Counted from the first letter of the stretch, positions 30,185-40,442 are shown. The stretch is DNA of 64,000 nt from Dehalococcoidia bacterium (GCA_965203895.1 CBDBDI010000003.1:1699975-1763974), one strand, 5' to 3'. The notes: a model not told the origin generated them from the letters alone. A program made the numbers and translations.

Positions 30185-30910
30185 TCACATAGCGGCGATA
30201 GCGTCCCGCTGAATGCGGATAAGCCGCCGAATGCCGCGCTCCGCCGCCGCAAGCGCATGGTCGAGCGCATCCCTAGAAAACGGAGTGCGCTCTGCGCTGC
30301 CCTGCAGCTCCACGAACTCGCCCTCTGCGGTTATAACCACATTGAAATCGGCGTCGGCGCGCGAATCCTCGTCGTAGCAGAGATCCAGCATAACCGCGCC
30401 ATCTACGATGCCCACGCTTGTTGCGGCAAGCGCGGTTCGCAGCGGCATTTCAGCGAGCTTGCCGTCGGCCGCCAACGCCGCGAATGCCTGATGCAGCGCC
30501 ACATATGCGCCGGTGATGGCGGCGGTGCGCGTGCCGCCGTCCGCCTGAAGCACATCGCAGTCCACGGTGAAGGTTCGTTCACCAAGCTTGTCCAGATCCA
30601 CCGCGGCGCGCAGCGATCTGCCGATAAGCCGCTGTATCTCTTGGGAGCGGCCGCGTGGTGTGCGCTCGCGTTGCGCGCGGGTGTGCGTTGCGCGCGGCAG
30701 CATCGCGTACTCGGCGGTAACCCAGCCGCGCCCTGTGCCGCGCAGAAAGCGGGGGACTTTGTCCTCTACGCTGACGGTGCACAGAACGCGCGTCATGCCC
30801 GCCTCTATCAGTGCCGAACCTTCGGCGAAAGACTGCGCGCCCGGCGTTATGCGCGTGGGGCGCAGTTCATCGGCAGTTCTGCCGTCGGCGCGGCGTATTA
30901 TAAGAGACAT
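30185..30910 (-). CDS. rph: ribonuclease PH
   Basis: [12 protein letters not shown]...[16 protein letters not shown]...TAEYAMLP...[19 protein letters not shown]. Confidence 0.96.
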   Translation of the reverse strand: MSLIIRRADGRTADELRPTRITPGAQSFAEGSALIEAGMTRVLCTVSVEDKVPRFLRGTGRGWVTAEYAMLPRATHTRAQRERTPRGRSQEIQRLIGRSLRAAVDLDKLGERTFTVDCDVLQADGGTRTAAITGAYVALHQAFAALAADGKLAEMPLRTALAATSVGIVDGAVMLDLCYDEDSRADADFNVVITAEGEFVELQGSAERTPFSRDALDHALAAAERGIRRLIRIQRDAIAAM

Positions 30911-30912
30911 CG

Positions 30913-31296
30913 CTAATCAACCCGCCCGTCGGGATCTATCGGAAGCATATAGCCGTCAACCGGTATGAGCCGTTCCGCCACCGGATCTATGCCCAATCGG
31001 AATATCTCTAATGTAACCGCGCCCAATATCGGCTGAGTGTCAGCGCCGCCGAACACCACGGGCGCAATGTATTCCCTTCCCTCAAGCCGAACCCAAGTCT
31101 GCCCCATATCGCGCCGTATCCGCCTGCCGTCGGCGAGTATGAAACTGCCGCTTTCGGTTGGACGCACGCCCAATCGTCTCAGCAGCGGCGCAGGCAGGAT
31201 GTTGTAAGTTGCGCCCGAATCCACCAGCGCTTGCACCGGTTCGTAGCGCAAGCCCTGCGCATCGCCCACTTCCATCGTGATATGAAAATTTCCCAT
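30913..31296 (-). CDS. retropepsin-like (clan AA) aspartic protease, paralog 1
   Basis: [13 protein letters not shown] (DSG active-site motif). About 127 aa. ATG at 31296 ([10 protein letters not shown]). Confidence 0.75.
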   Translation of the reverse strand: MGNFHITMEVGDAQGLRYEPVQALVDSGATYNILPAPLLRRLGVRPTESGSFILADGRRIRRDMGQTWVRLEGREYIAPVVFGGADTQPILGAVTLEIFRLGIDPVAERLIPVDGYMLPIDPDGRVD

Positions 31297-31297
31297 A

Positions 31298-31684
31298 CTA
31301 ACCCTCAACCTGCCCGTCCGGATCTATCGGCAGCATATAGCCGTCAACGGATACTAGCCGCTCCTTCACCGGATCTATGCCAAGCCCGAATATCTCCAGT
31401 GTTACTGCCCCCACGATTGGCTGCGTATCGCCGCCGCCGAACACCACGGGCGCCATATGCTCTTCACCCTCAAGCCGTATCCAAGTTTCGCCCATTGGGA
31501 GTTCTATCCGTCTGCTGTCCGCAAGCGTGAAGCCCCTGTTTATTTTCGGATATACGCCCAAATCCCTCAGCATCGGCGCGGGCAGGATGTTGTAGGTTGC
31601 GCCCGAATCCACCAGCGCCTGCACCGGTTCGTAGCGCAAGCCCTGCGCGTCGCCCACTTCCATTGCGATATGAAAATTTCCCAT
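31298..31684 (-). CDS. retropepsin-like (clan AA) aspartic protease, paralog 2
   Basis: By eye, roughly three quarters of residues are identical to paralog 1, with the same DSGAT motif. Its stop is adjacent to the downstream paralog's start. Confidence 0.75.
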   Translation of the reverse strand: MGNFHIAMEVGDAQGLRYEPVQALVDSGATYNILPAPMLRDLGVYPKINRGFTLADSRRIELPMGETWIRLEGEEHMAPVVFGGGDTQPIVGAVTLEIFGLGIDPVKERLVSVDGYMLPIDPDGQVEG

Positions 31685-31685
31685 A

Positions 31686-32060
31686 CTAGCCATCCGTCCC
31701 GTCGCCCTGATTTAGGATGCGCGCGTGCCAAACGCGGTAGGCGGCGGTATCTACGCGGACGAAATCAAAACCCGCTTTGTTGGCGAAGTGTTCGTCAACA
31801 TCGGTATCGCCCACGTGGGTATAGGAATCGGCGTCAAAGCGCGCCTTAACTTCGTCTAGGCGGTCTTTCAGCGCGGTGAAGTCCACATCCACATTGAGGC
31901 GCTCCCATATGCGCCGCTGGTGGCTTAGCGGTCTGTCGGAGCAGCTCCCGATGATGCTGCCGTTGCGCTGCGCGGTTCGCACGAACTCGATGGTAACGCT
32001 GCCGCGCGGCTCGCCCACCTCAAGCGTGCCGTCTATGTCGAAACTGATTAGGTCTGCCAA
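31686..32060 (-). CDS. small HAD-superfamily hydrolase-like protein
   Basis: ISFDIDGTL (DxDGT motif I) and GDTDVD (motif IV-like). 124 aa. Confidence 0.55.
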   Translation of the reverse strand: MADLISFDIDGTLEVGEPRGSVTIEFVRTAQRNGSIIGSCSDRPLSHQRRIWERLNVDVDFTALKDRLDEVKARFDADSYTHVGDTDVDEHFANKAGFDFVRVDTAAYRVWHARILNQGDGTDG

Positions 32061-32177
32061 TATCGCCTTGTCCGTATGCCATCCCGTATCCCGTCAGTCC
32101 GCATCCGTCTATACCGCAATTCGTCCGCGCGCCGATGCTAATAGACAGCGGCTATTGCGATTTGCGATGCGGCGGAG

Positions 32178-33350
32178 TCAGGCGCCGCGCTGCGCGTATG
32201 CCTGCTTGGCGCGATCTATGGCGCGCATTCTGCCGCTCACAAGCGTATCCTGCCGCGCTCTTGCCCAGTCTTGGGACGCTTTGGTGGAGGCGGCGCTGCC
32301 TTGGAAGTGGGGCATCACATAGCGCGCCAGCAGTTCGTAGCTTCGCAGCATAGCCTCGCGGGGCGCCCAATCCACGGTTTGCACCATAAAGCCGCCAAAG
32401 CCGCCGCTCTGTTCGTCTAGGCGGTGGATAGCCTCTATGCAGTCGTCGGGCGTGCCGACCACCCATGCGCCGCTGTCCGCCATATGGTCTATAATCTTCT
32501 CTATGGGTCCGTCGAATCCGGACTTGCGCCCGTTGGTCTCTTCGGTGTACTCGCGCAGAAAATAGCCGGCGCCCATTCGCGCTTCGTCGCGCGCCTGCTT
32601 GCGGGTTTCTGCAAGATGTACGGGCAGCACAAGCCGCCAATCGTTGCGGTCGACGGTTTGATTGTGTTCCGCCGCCGACTCTTCGGCGATTGCCCAGAGT
32701 TCGCCGAGGTTGGACTGCGCGTTTGATGACGGATCGCGCGGCACGGTGATGGTAAGGACCGCCGCGCCGTACTTGCCGGCGAGCGCCACGCCCGAAGGCG
32801 ATTGAATGGACGCCACCGCGATGGGCATATGCGGGCGCTGATACGGGCGGATCTGCAGCATCGCTTCGTTGAGTTCGAACCAATCGCTCTTGTATGTGAG
32901 GGGTTCGGTTTCGGTGAACAGGCGCAGCACGATGCCGAATGCTTCGTCCATCTTTTCGCGCTGCGTGGTAGGCTCGATGCCCATCATATAGGCGTCGCCG
33001 GGCAATGCGCCGGGCCCCACGCCGAACATCACGCGCCCGTGGCTCATATGGTCAATCTGCGCCATTCGGTTGGCAACCATAAACGGATGGTGGTAGGGCA
33101 GGCTGACCACGCCCGTGCCGAGCTTGATATGGCGCGTGCGGTCGGCGGCGACCGCGATAAAGATCTCAGGCGATGAGATTATCTCCCAGCCTGAGCTATG
33201 GTGTTCGCCAATCCACGCCTCGTCATAGCCTAGGTAGTCGAGCCATTGGATTAGTTCCAAATCGCGGTCTATCGCGAGCGTAGGGTTCTCTCCGACGCGG
33301 TGGAATGGGCCTAGAAATATGCCGAACTTCATCCTGTCGGGCAGCGCCAT
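32178..33350 (-). CDS. LLM-class (luciferase-like) flavin-dependent oxidoreductase
   Basis: MKFGIFLGPFH..., YDEAWIGEHHS, GTGVVSLPYHHP. ATG at 33350 with RBS AAAGGA. Confidence 0.85.
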   Translation of the reverse strand: MALPDRMKFGIFLGPFHRVGENPTLAIDRDLELIQWLDYLGYDEAWIGEHHSSGWEIISSPEIFIAVAADRTRHIKLGTGVVSLPYHHPFMVANRMAQIDHMSHGRVMFGVGPGALPGDAYMMGIEPTTQREKMDEAFGIVLRLFTETEPLTYKSDWFELNEAMLQIRPYQRPHMPIAVASIQSPSGVALAGKYGAAVLTITVPRDPSSNAQSNLGELWAIAEESAAEHNQTVDRNDWRLVLPVHLAETRKQARDEARMGAGYFLREYTEETNGRKSGFDGPIEKIIDHMADSGAWVVGTPDDCIEAIHRLDEQSGGFGGFMVQTVDWAPREAMLRSYELLARYVMPHFQGSAASTKASQDWARARQDTLVSGRMRAIDRAKQAYAQRGA

Positions 33351-33749
33351 ATCATTGTCCTTTCGTTCATATTCGCAAGCGGTGTTGGCGGCGATGGCAT
33401 TGGGCGCATTATAGACGCCAAGCGCGCAATCGGGCAACCTGAGCGCGGGGGTTGACGCATTGACGCCTAGACTATGTGATATTTGGAACTATGTTGACAA
33501 CGCTGGCATAACCATTGTAATGACACTCCAAGCCTTAATAAAGAAGGAAGTGTCATATGACCTATAAGACCGTCATTCGGGAGAGTCCGGCTTTGAGCAG
33601 CTAGTTGGAGCCGCAGTGAGGGTATTGCATATCGTCGCGATAGGCTCTTTGTACCGAGCTATCTTTGCTATGAGCATGATTTAGGCGTCAATTTCCACTC
33701 AACTACAGCACGTCTGCTCGTGATGAGAATGCCGTTCTGAAAAAGATAG

Positions 33750-33779
33750 TTGACACTCGCGTTCTACCTCTGTTAGACT
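33750..33779 (+). promoter_or_regulatory. candidate sigma-70 promoter of lexA
   Basis: TTGACA (33750-55), 18 nt, TAGACT (33774-79). An imperfect Cheo-like box CGAACATTAGTGCG lies at 33792-33805. Confidence 0.35.
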
Positions 33780-33891
33780 GGTTTTGTCCAGCGAACATTA
33801 GTGCGCGATATATTTAAGGACATATATCATCAAGCGTGCTGTATAAGTATCATTTACGCACAACGCATATACATACAAGGAGGAAAACGCT

Positions 33892-34539
33892 ATGGTCACC
33901 AGACGCAAGCTTTCGGATAGGCAGGAGCGCATTCTGGCGTTCATTAAGAACTTCATGAGCGACCACCAGTTCCCGCCCACCATTCGGGACATTCAGACGG
34001 GGTGCGAGGTCAGCTCCACCTCCGTGGTTGACTACAACCTGCAGATCCTGCAGCGCGAGGGCTACCTGCGCCGCCTGCCTGAGGTCTCGCGCGGCATTGA
34101 GCTGCTCGGCATGCACTCGGCGGCGCGCAACAATGTGGCGCGGCTCCCGATCTACGGCAGCATCGCCGCCGGCGAACCCCTGCACGTGCCGTCCGCCGCA
34201 TCGCGCTACTCCGACGACTTCGAGTCCATGGACGTGCCGGTGGCGCTGCTCAACGGCAAAGACGACGCCTACGGCTTGCGCGTCAAGGGCGATTCCATGA
34301 TAGACGCCTTCATAGCCGACGGCGACCTCGTCATAATGCAGCCTACCGCCAACCCCGACGTCGGCGATATGGTGGCGGCCGAACTGGACGGACGGGACGA
34401 AGTTACGCTGAAGCGCTTCTTCATCGAAGGCGACACCGTGCGCCTGCAGCCGGAGAACGCCACGATGGAGCCCATACGGGTGCCGGCGGACAGCGTTCAG
34501 GTGCGCGGGCGCGTCATAGGCGTCATCAGGTCTTTCTAG
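33892..34539 (+). CDS. lexA: LexA repressor
   Basis: LSDRQERILAFIKNF...PPTIRDI wHTH, an AG cleavage site (SIAAGEP), LRVKGDSMID (Ser) and VTLKRF (Lys). Confidence 0.95.
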   Translation: MVTRRKLSDRQERILAFIKNFMSDHQFPPTIRDIQTGCEVSSTSVVDYNLQILQREGYLRRLPEVSRGIELLGMHSAARNNVARLPIYGSIAAGEPLHVPSAASRYSDDFESMDVPVALLNGKDDAYGLRVKGDSMIDAFIADGDLVIMQPTANPDVGDMVAAELDGRDEVTLKRFFIEGDTVRLQPENATMEPIRVPADSVQVRGRVIGVIRSF

Positions 34540-34572
34540 ATACTGCGCTTTCGCCCCGCAAGGCGCAGGTTT

Positions 34573-34610
34573 GGGCAAGCGCGGCCGCGTTATGCGGCTT
34601 GCGCTTGCCC
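34573..34610 (+). terminator. GC-rich hairpin downstream of lexA
   Basis: GGGCAAGCGC-N18-GCGCTTGCCC, a perfect 10-bp stem. No strong U-tract. Confidence 0.4.
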
Positions 34611-34819
34611 CCTTGCGTATGACCAAAGCGGCATACGGCGAAATCTCGCGCCCGCTTGGTGTCCCTAATTTCATAACGCCTATGGCAAGATATGGCAAGA
34701 CGCGCGCATTGGTGCGATAATCATTGCAGGAATGATTCGCAGCAGTATTAGCCGCAGCCGGCGGCGCTGACCCAAAGCGCCGCGCAACGCCTATTTTGGC
34801 GGCGGCGAAGGGAACGCCA

Positions 34820-37288
34820 ATGCTTGCCCAAACCGAAGAGCGCATCGTAGTGCCGATTACGGGCATGACCTGCGCCGCTTGCGTAACCCACGTATCCCGC
34901 GCGCTTGAGGATGTGCCGGGTGTATCAGATGTGACCGTCAGCCTTACGTCCGAAAAAGCGTCTATAGCATCGAACGCGCAAGGCGTATCCGCGGACACGC
35001 TCGTCGACGCGCTGCAGGATGCGGGCTACGGCGTCGCCACCCAAAAGGTTACGCTTGGGGTTGGCGGGATGACCTGCGCCGCCTGCGTAAGCCACATCCA
35101 AAAGGCGCTTGCGGGCGTGGATGGCGTGGTGAATTGCGGCGTCAACCTCGCCACCGAACGCGCCGCAGTCGAGTACATACCCGGCCTCGCCGCCATAGCC
35201 GATATGCGCCACGCCGTCGAGGACGCCGGCTACACGCTCATCGGCGCGGTAGGCGATAGACACGACGATGCCGCCACTCCGCGCGACCTGTTATTGCTGC
35301 GCCGCAAACTCATCGTCAGCCTTGCGGTTTCCGTCGCGATAATGGCGCTGATGTTCATTCCCGGCGCGCGCGGCGCATTGCCCGTCAGCCTTGACTACAT
35401 CCTGCTTGCGCTCGCCACCCCCGTGCAGTTCTGGGCGGGCAGTCAGTTCTACGGCGGCGCATGGGGCGCGCTCAAGCATCGCACAAGCAACATGAACACG
35501 CTGATAGCGGTCGGCACATCCGTCGCCTACCTCTACAGCGCGGCGGTGGCGCTTTTGGGCGATGCCGCCTTCTTCAGCAACGCAGACGCCGCCACCTTCT
35601 TCGACACATCCACCGCCATTATCGCGCTTGTGCTGCTGGGCAAATACCTAGAAGCAACCGCCAAACGGCGCGCGTCCCGCGCTATCAGGGCGCTGATGGA
35701 CTTGCAGCCCAAAACGGCGCAGGCGCTTCGCGACGGCAAAGAAATGCAGGTTGCCGTGGAAGACCTGCAGGTTGGCGACGAAATCATCGTGCGTCCAGGC
35801 GAGCAGATAGCCGTCGACGGCGAAGTTCTGGATGGCTTTTCGGCAGTCGACGAATCCATGCTGACGGGCGAAAGCGCCCCGGTGGACAAATCGCCCGGCA
35901 GCCTAGTCTATGGCGCAACCCTGAACGCCACCGGCAGTTTCACATTCAGAGCGCTCAAGGTTGGGCGGGACACGATGCTGGCGCAAATCGTGCGCCTAGT
36001 GGAAGACGCCCAAGCGTCAAGAGCGCCCGTGCAGCGGCTTGCGGATGTGGTTTCGGCGTACTTCGTGCCGGCGGTGATTGCGGCAGCGGCACTGACATTC
36101 GCCTTCTGGCTGATATTCGGCCCGCCGCCAAGTTATGTGCATGCCACCCTGACGGCGGTCGCCGTGCTGATTATCGCCTGCCCGTGCGCGCTTGGACTTG
36201 CCACGCCCGCGGCGATAATGGTCGGCACGGGCAAGGGCGCCGAACTGGGCGTACTCATACGAAGCGCAGAGGCGCTTGAGCGGGCGCACAAAATCGACAC
36301 GCTTGTCTTCGACAAGACCGGCACGCTGACACTCGGCAAGCCGTCGGTCGTGGACACGGTGAGCAATCACATATCTCCCGATGAGCTTTTGGCGCTTGCG
36401 GCATCGGTGGAACGGGGATCGGAGCATCCGCTGGGCAAAGCGCTCGCCGCCGCCGCTGACGCCAAGGGGCTTGCCCTGCCGCGCGCCGAAAACTTTGCCG
36501 CGCTGCCCGGCTTCGGCGTATCCGCGAATGTGAACGGCCGCCGATTGCTGCTCGGCAGCCCGGCGCTTATGCGGCGCGAATCGGCGCGCATGAACGACTA
36601 CGATGCGCTCGCCGATACATTAGCGGAACGCGGCAGTACGCCCGTATTCGTTGCCTCGGACGGCGATGCGCTGGGCATAATCGCGCTCGCCGATACGATA
36701 CGCCCCGAAGCGCGAGACGCCGTGCAGCGCCTGAAGAGAGACGGGCTTGAAGTGGCGATGCTGACCGGCGATAACCGGCGCGCGGCGGACGCAATCGCGC
36801 GCCAAATCGGAATAGAGCGCGTGATTGCGGATGTACTGCCGGGCGAAAAGGCGGCGCATATCAGCGAACTGCAGCGCGGCGGCAAGGTGGTGGCGATGGT
36901 GGGGGACGGCATCAACGACACGCCCTCGCTGGCGCAAGCCGATGTGGGCTTCGCAATCGGCGCAGGCGCGGATGTGGCGCTGGAAGCCGCCGACATAACG
37001 CTGGTCAGCGCCAACCTCAACGCCGTATCCGACGCAATCCGCCTCAGCAAGGCGACCATGCGCTCCATCCGCCAAAACCTGTTCTGGGCGTTTGCCTACA
37101 ATGTGGCGCTCATCCCCGTTGCGGCGGGCGCGCTCTACCCGCTGTTCGCAGACGGCGGCGTCCCCGACGCGCTAACGCTCGCGCTCGGCGAATACGGCTT
37201 CCTAAACCCGATCCTAGCCGCCGCCGCAATGGCGATAAGTTCAGTAACCGTGCTTACCAACTCACTCCGACTGCGGCGTTTCAAATAA
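34820..37288 (+). CDS. copA: copper-translocating P1B-type ATPase with two N-terminal HMA domains
   Basis: 2x [39 protein letters not shown] 34820 follows GAAGGGA. Confidence 0.95.
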   Translation: MLAQTEERIVVPITGMTCAACVTHVSRALEDVPGVSDVTVSLTSEKASIASNAQGVSADTLVDALQDAGYGVATQKVTLGVGGMTCAACVSHIQKALAGVDGVVNCGVNLATERAAVEYIPGLAAIADMRHAVEDAGYTLIGAVGDRHDDAATPRDLLLLRRKLIVSLAVSVAIMALMFIPGARGALPVSLDYILLALATPVQFWAGSQFYGGAWGALKHRTSNMNTLIAVGTSVAYLYSAAVALLGDAAFFSNADAATFFDTSTAIIALVLLGKYLEATAKRRASRAIRALMDLQPKTAQALRDGKEMQVAVEDLQVGDEIIVRPGEQIAVDGEVLDGFSAVDESMLTGESAPVDKSPGSLVYGATLNATGSFTFRALKVGRDTMLAQIVRLVEDAQASRAPVQRLADVVSAYFVPAVIAAAALTFAFWLIFGPPPSYVHATLTAVAVLIIACPCALGLATPAAIMVGTGKGAELGVLIRSAEALERAHKIDTLVFDKTGTLTLGKPSVVDTVSNHISPDELLALAASVERGSEHPLGKALAAAADAKGLALPRAENFAALPGFGVSANVNGRRLLLGSPALMRRESARMNDYDALADTLAERGSTPVFVASDGDALGIIALADTIRPEARDAVQRLKRDGLEVAMLTGDNRRAADAIARQIGIERVIADVLPGEKAAHISELQRGGKVVAMVGDGINDTPSLAQADVGFAIGAGADVALEAADITLVSANLNAVSDAIRLSKATMRSIRQNLFWAFAYNVALIPVAAGALYPLFADGGVPDALTLALGEYGFLNPILAAAAMAISSVTVLTNSLRLRRFK

Positions 37289-37400
37289 GCCAAGCAAGAA
37301 CGGCCGCTTTGGCTACATGCGGTAAGGCGCTCCCCCAATAATATGAACGGCAATACGGCAATACAACAATAACGATACCAGCGATAGCGAGGGTACTCCG

Positions 37401-37601
37401 ATGCGAATTCGTCTATTCAGCCGCGGTTCGGACACCGCGATAGACCCCGTCTGCGATATGGAAGTGGATATGCGAAAGCCCGGCGGCAGCTCATACGACT
37501 ACAACGGCTCCACCTACTACTTCTGCGGGCAAGGCTGCAACCGCGCCTTCCAAAAAGAGCCGCAGGCATATCTGTCCGGCGAAAAGAAGATCGAGATGTA
37601 A
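37401..37601 (+). CDS. YHS/TRASH-domain metal-binding protein
   Basis: DPVCDMEV...YYFCGQGCNRAFQKEPQAYL. Confidence 0.8.
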   Translation: MRIRLFSRGSDTAIDPVCDMEVDMRKPGGSSYDYNGSTYYFCGQGCNRAFQKEPQAYLSGEKKIEM

Positions 37602-37610
37602 TAGCGAATA

Positions 37611-38027
37611 ATGAACATGAACCAACTGCCTATCGCCCCCCTAACAAAGCGCGCCGCCGATGCAGCGCTGGAGCGCGCCTCCGTTGACGCATCTGACGCC
37701 TCGCTTGAACTGAGAAGCCTTCTTGCCGAAATCGCCGCGGCGCTGGAGCCGTTCCCCAACTTCATGGGCTTGAGCAGCGTGCAGGCGGTTGAGGTGGAGC
37801 CGCCCGGCGGCGCTAATCCGCAGAACGGCTGCGTGGTAGCCTGTCCGGACGGCGAACTGCGCGAACTGGTATTGCGTATGATACCCGCGCCGTTCGATAT
37901 GGGCGGCGTAGAGCAGACCGACGAGATGGCGGAGCTGGACTTGCCGCCCGGCGAGTTCGTGGCATACGCCCACGCCGCGGTATTGGCGCTTCTCAATCTG
38001 CTGGAGGCGCAGCAAGCCGCTCACTGA
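37611..38027 (+). CDS. hypothetical protein
   Basis: 138-aa ORF with coding-like composition and no recognised motif. Its 3' end overlaps the convergent MBL gene by 7 nt. Confidence 0.35.
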   Translation: MNMNQLPIAPLTKRAADAALERASVDASDASLELRSLLAEIAAALEPFPNFMGLSSVQAVEVEPPGGANPQNGCVVACPDGELRELVLRMIPAPFDMGGVEQTDEMAELDLPPGEFVAYAHAAVLALLNLLEAQQAAH

Positions 38028-38779
38028 TCTTCGCCGATTATGCCTCTGCGCGCCGCCAAGCGATGCGGAAGCCGCCTGAACGCGAACTCCCCCCAAGTGG
38101 GCGGGTTCGGCTTGGTTTTCAGCAGCGCCCGCAGCATATCCGATGCGCCGCCTATGAGCGGTGCGCCGTGTCCGCCGCAAAGTATGTCGAACGACATCGC
38201 AGCGAGCCGCTCAAGCGATTGCCGATACTGCGCGGCATCATAGCCAGGGAACGGCAACGAGCGGCTGACGAACCTGCCGTCGCTGAATATCGTATCGCCG
38301 CTGAACAGCAGCGACTTCTCTTGCAGCAGAAAGCAGACGCTTCCCGGCGTATGCCCCGGCGTGTGAATGACGCGTATGCCGCCCGCAACGGGTATAAGAT
38401 CGCCTTCGTCGATTAGGCGCTCGACGGGCGTACGCCGCAAGAACGGCAGCGGCGCATTCAGCGCGCCGAATATGCCTATGCAGTCGAGGCTACGCCCGCC
38501 GCGCCGATGCCGCCGCGTGTCCCGCCGATGCGCGACGACCTGCGCTCCGCTGACGCGGCGTATGCGGGGCGCGCCGCCGGCGTGGTCTGGGTGGCTGTGC
38601 GTCATCAGAATGCGGCTAACCTCGGACGGCCGCCTGCCGATGCGGTCGATGTATCTGAAAACCGGCTTTGCGCTCCAAGGCATGCCGGCGTCTATCAGCG
38701 TAAGATCGGCGTCTTCAATCAGATAGACGCGCGAAGGCCGAATGCCCGGGACAGCGTGAACGCCGCTAACAATCTCCAT
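38021..38779 (-). CDS. MBL-fold metallo-hydrolase
   Basis: THSHPDHAGG (HxHxDH), HTPGHTPGS, GGHG. Confidence 0.85.
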   Translation of the reverse strand: MEIVSGVHAVPGIRPSRVYLIEDADLTLIDAGMPWSAKPVFRYIDRIGRRPSEVSRILMTHSHPDHAGGAPRIRRVSGAQVVAHRRDTRRHRRGGRSLDCIGIFGALNAPLPFLRRTPVERLIDEGDLIPVAGGIRVIHTPGHTPGSVCFLLQEKSLLFSGDTIFSDGRFVSRSLPFPGYDAAQYRQSLERLAAMSFDILCGGHGAPLIGGASDMLRALLKTKPNPPTWGEFAFRRLPHRLAARRGIIGEDQ

Positions 38780-38784
38780 GCCCG

Positions 38785-40287
38785 CTATGGATATTCAGCC
38801 TGGTACGCGTCGTACACCGCCCGCGTGAGCACGCTCAGTTTGTCTTTATGCTCTGCCCACTCGGCTGCGTTCACTAGGAACTGAATCTCCGGCTGCGGGT
38901 CTTCCAACGGATTGTCTTTGCGGTCACGCGGCCAGGTTTGATACCGAATTTCGTTCAGGAGCGGCGCAAACTGCTCGCGGCACAACTCAACGGACGATCG
39001 ATAGAAAACCATCTCCATGCCTCCCGCCATTCCCTCCGGACCTATACGAGCATAGGCGCGCGCGGCATCGCTTCCTGATGCGTGCTTAAGCTCTAACCCT
39101 AGCCGATGATAGGACTCGTTAGGGTTGCGCCAATTTTCGCGGAACATATCGAGCGCCAGCTTGATTACTTCATTTGAGCCGCTGGCTCTAGCCATGTTGA
39201 AAAGTCTTTCCGATGCTTCCGCACTTTGCCGTGTCTGGTATGCGTCGTACACGGCCCGCGCAAGCGCGCTTAGCTTATCTTTATGCGCTGCCCACTCGTC
39301 CGCGTTCACCCGAAACTGAATCTCCGCCGCAGGGTCTTCCAACGGATTGTTTTGGCGGCCTGGCGGCCAGATTCCGTATCGGATTTCGTCCAAAAGAGGC
39401 GCAAACTGCTCGCGGCACAACTCAACGGATCTGCCGTAGAAAATTATTGTAACGCGACCGTCATTCCCGCGTGGATCTATACGTCCATATGCGTGTTTGG
39501 TGCTTCCGCCCGACAGAGTGCGACCCGGGAGACTTATGCCGAATCCCATAGACATAGGCACTTCTCTTAGATCTGTCCAATTTTCGCGGAACATCCCTTG
39601 CACTGACCCTAGCAAGTCACTGACGCCGTTCTCTTTGGCGTAATTGAGTAACCTTTCCCTCTTTTCTGCCGCGCTTAGCCTTCTTTTTGACGGACGAGAA
39701 ACGAGGTCGTCTTCTGGCTCTACGCGCATATGTCGCGCGAGAAACAACTCATCGCCCCGCGCGAAGCCTTGGAATGTCAGCAGCGATATGTCCATGCCGT
39801 TGTCGGCGAGGAAGTTCACCATTCGCTCCGTGCGGTCATCTACGCCCAAGCCAACTAGGAACATCCGCAGAGGCAGCAAAGCTTCTAGGTTATCAGCGTC
39901 GAAATTTTCGGCGTGCCAGTCCGCGAAATCCTCTATCTTCTCGATGCCGCCCGTCCCCGACTGCTCTGCTATGCGCTCCGCCAGCGCGTCTATGCCCATA
40001 GACGCCAGGTCGGAGGCGTAGTCTATTATCTGCGCTACGGCGTCCCGCGACAATCTATCGCGCTTCAGCTCAAACAGAACCAGCCGCCCGTCGCTGTCCA
40101 CGCCCAGCAGGTCGAGCGGGCCGCCATCGGTAGCCGTCTGCCTCCCGACGAGTGTCAGATCGGGTATAAGCATCTCAGGGTTCTTGACCAGAATTTCTTC
40201 CAGTCGCAATTCGGAATCCATCGTGCTTGAAGGCTGCACCCGCGAAGCGCGCTCGCCGTTAAGCGCCCACAACTTGATTTCGTCCAT
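38785..40287 (-). CDS. NucS/DUF91-like PD-(D/E)xK nuclease domain protein with tandemly duplicated C-terminal module
   Basis: The N-terminus is ELRLEEILVKNPEMLIPDLTLVGRQ...GPLDLLGVDSDGRLVLFELKRD...AVAQIIDY. Residues ~205-351 and ~355-497 are paralogous (FRENW...VELCREQFAPLL[DN]EIRY...NPLEDP..EIQF.VNA.EWA.HKDKLS.L.RAVYDAYQ). Confidence 0.65.
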   Translation of the reverse strand: MDEIKLWALNGERASRVQPSSTMDSELRLEEILVKNPEMLIPDLTLVGRQTATDGGPLDLLGVDSDGRLVLFELKRDRLSRDAVAQIIDYASDLASMGIDALAERIAEQSGTGGIEKIEDFADWHAENFDADNLEALLPLRMFLVGLGVDDRTERMVNFLADNGMDISLLTFQGFARGDELFLARHMRVEPEDDLVSRPSKRRLSAAEKRERLLNYAKENGVSDLLGSVQGMFRENWTDLREVPMSMGFGISLPGRTLSGGSTKHAYGRIDPRGNDGRVTIIFYGRSVELCREQFAPLLDEIRYGIWPPGRQNNPLEDPAAEIQFRVNADEWAAHKDKLSALARAVYDAYQTRQSAEASERLFNMARASGSNEVIKLALDMFRENWRNPNESYHRLGLELKHASGSDAARAYARIGPEGMAGGMEMVFYRSSVELCREQFAPLLNEIRYQTWPRDRKDNPLEDPQPEIQFLVNAAEWAEHKDKLSVLTRAVYDAYQAEYP

Positions 40288-40442
40288 TGCTGCCCGCCTT
40301 AGTGGTTGCTTAGTGAATGCTCAGTGTCAGGGTGTTGGATACACTATGAACATCATAGACTTTGAACGCTTAAACGCCGCCTCGCGTAATAGCGCAGGCG
40401 GCGTTTCATTAAAATTTCTATCTTGACGCAACTAGACAGGCT

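Noticed and set aside
33850-34998. 382-aa minus-strand ORF spanning lexA and the copA 5' end
   Set aside because: It is antisense to two confidently identified genes and crosses their intergenic terminator. No motifs were seen.
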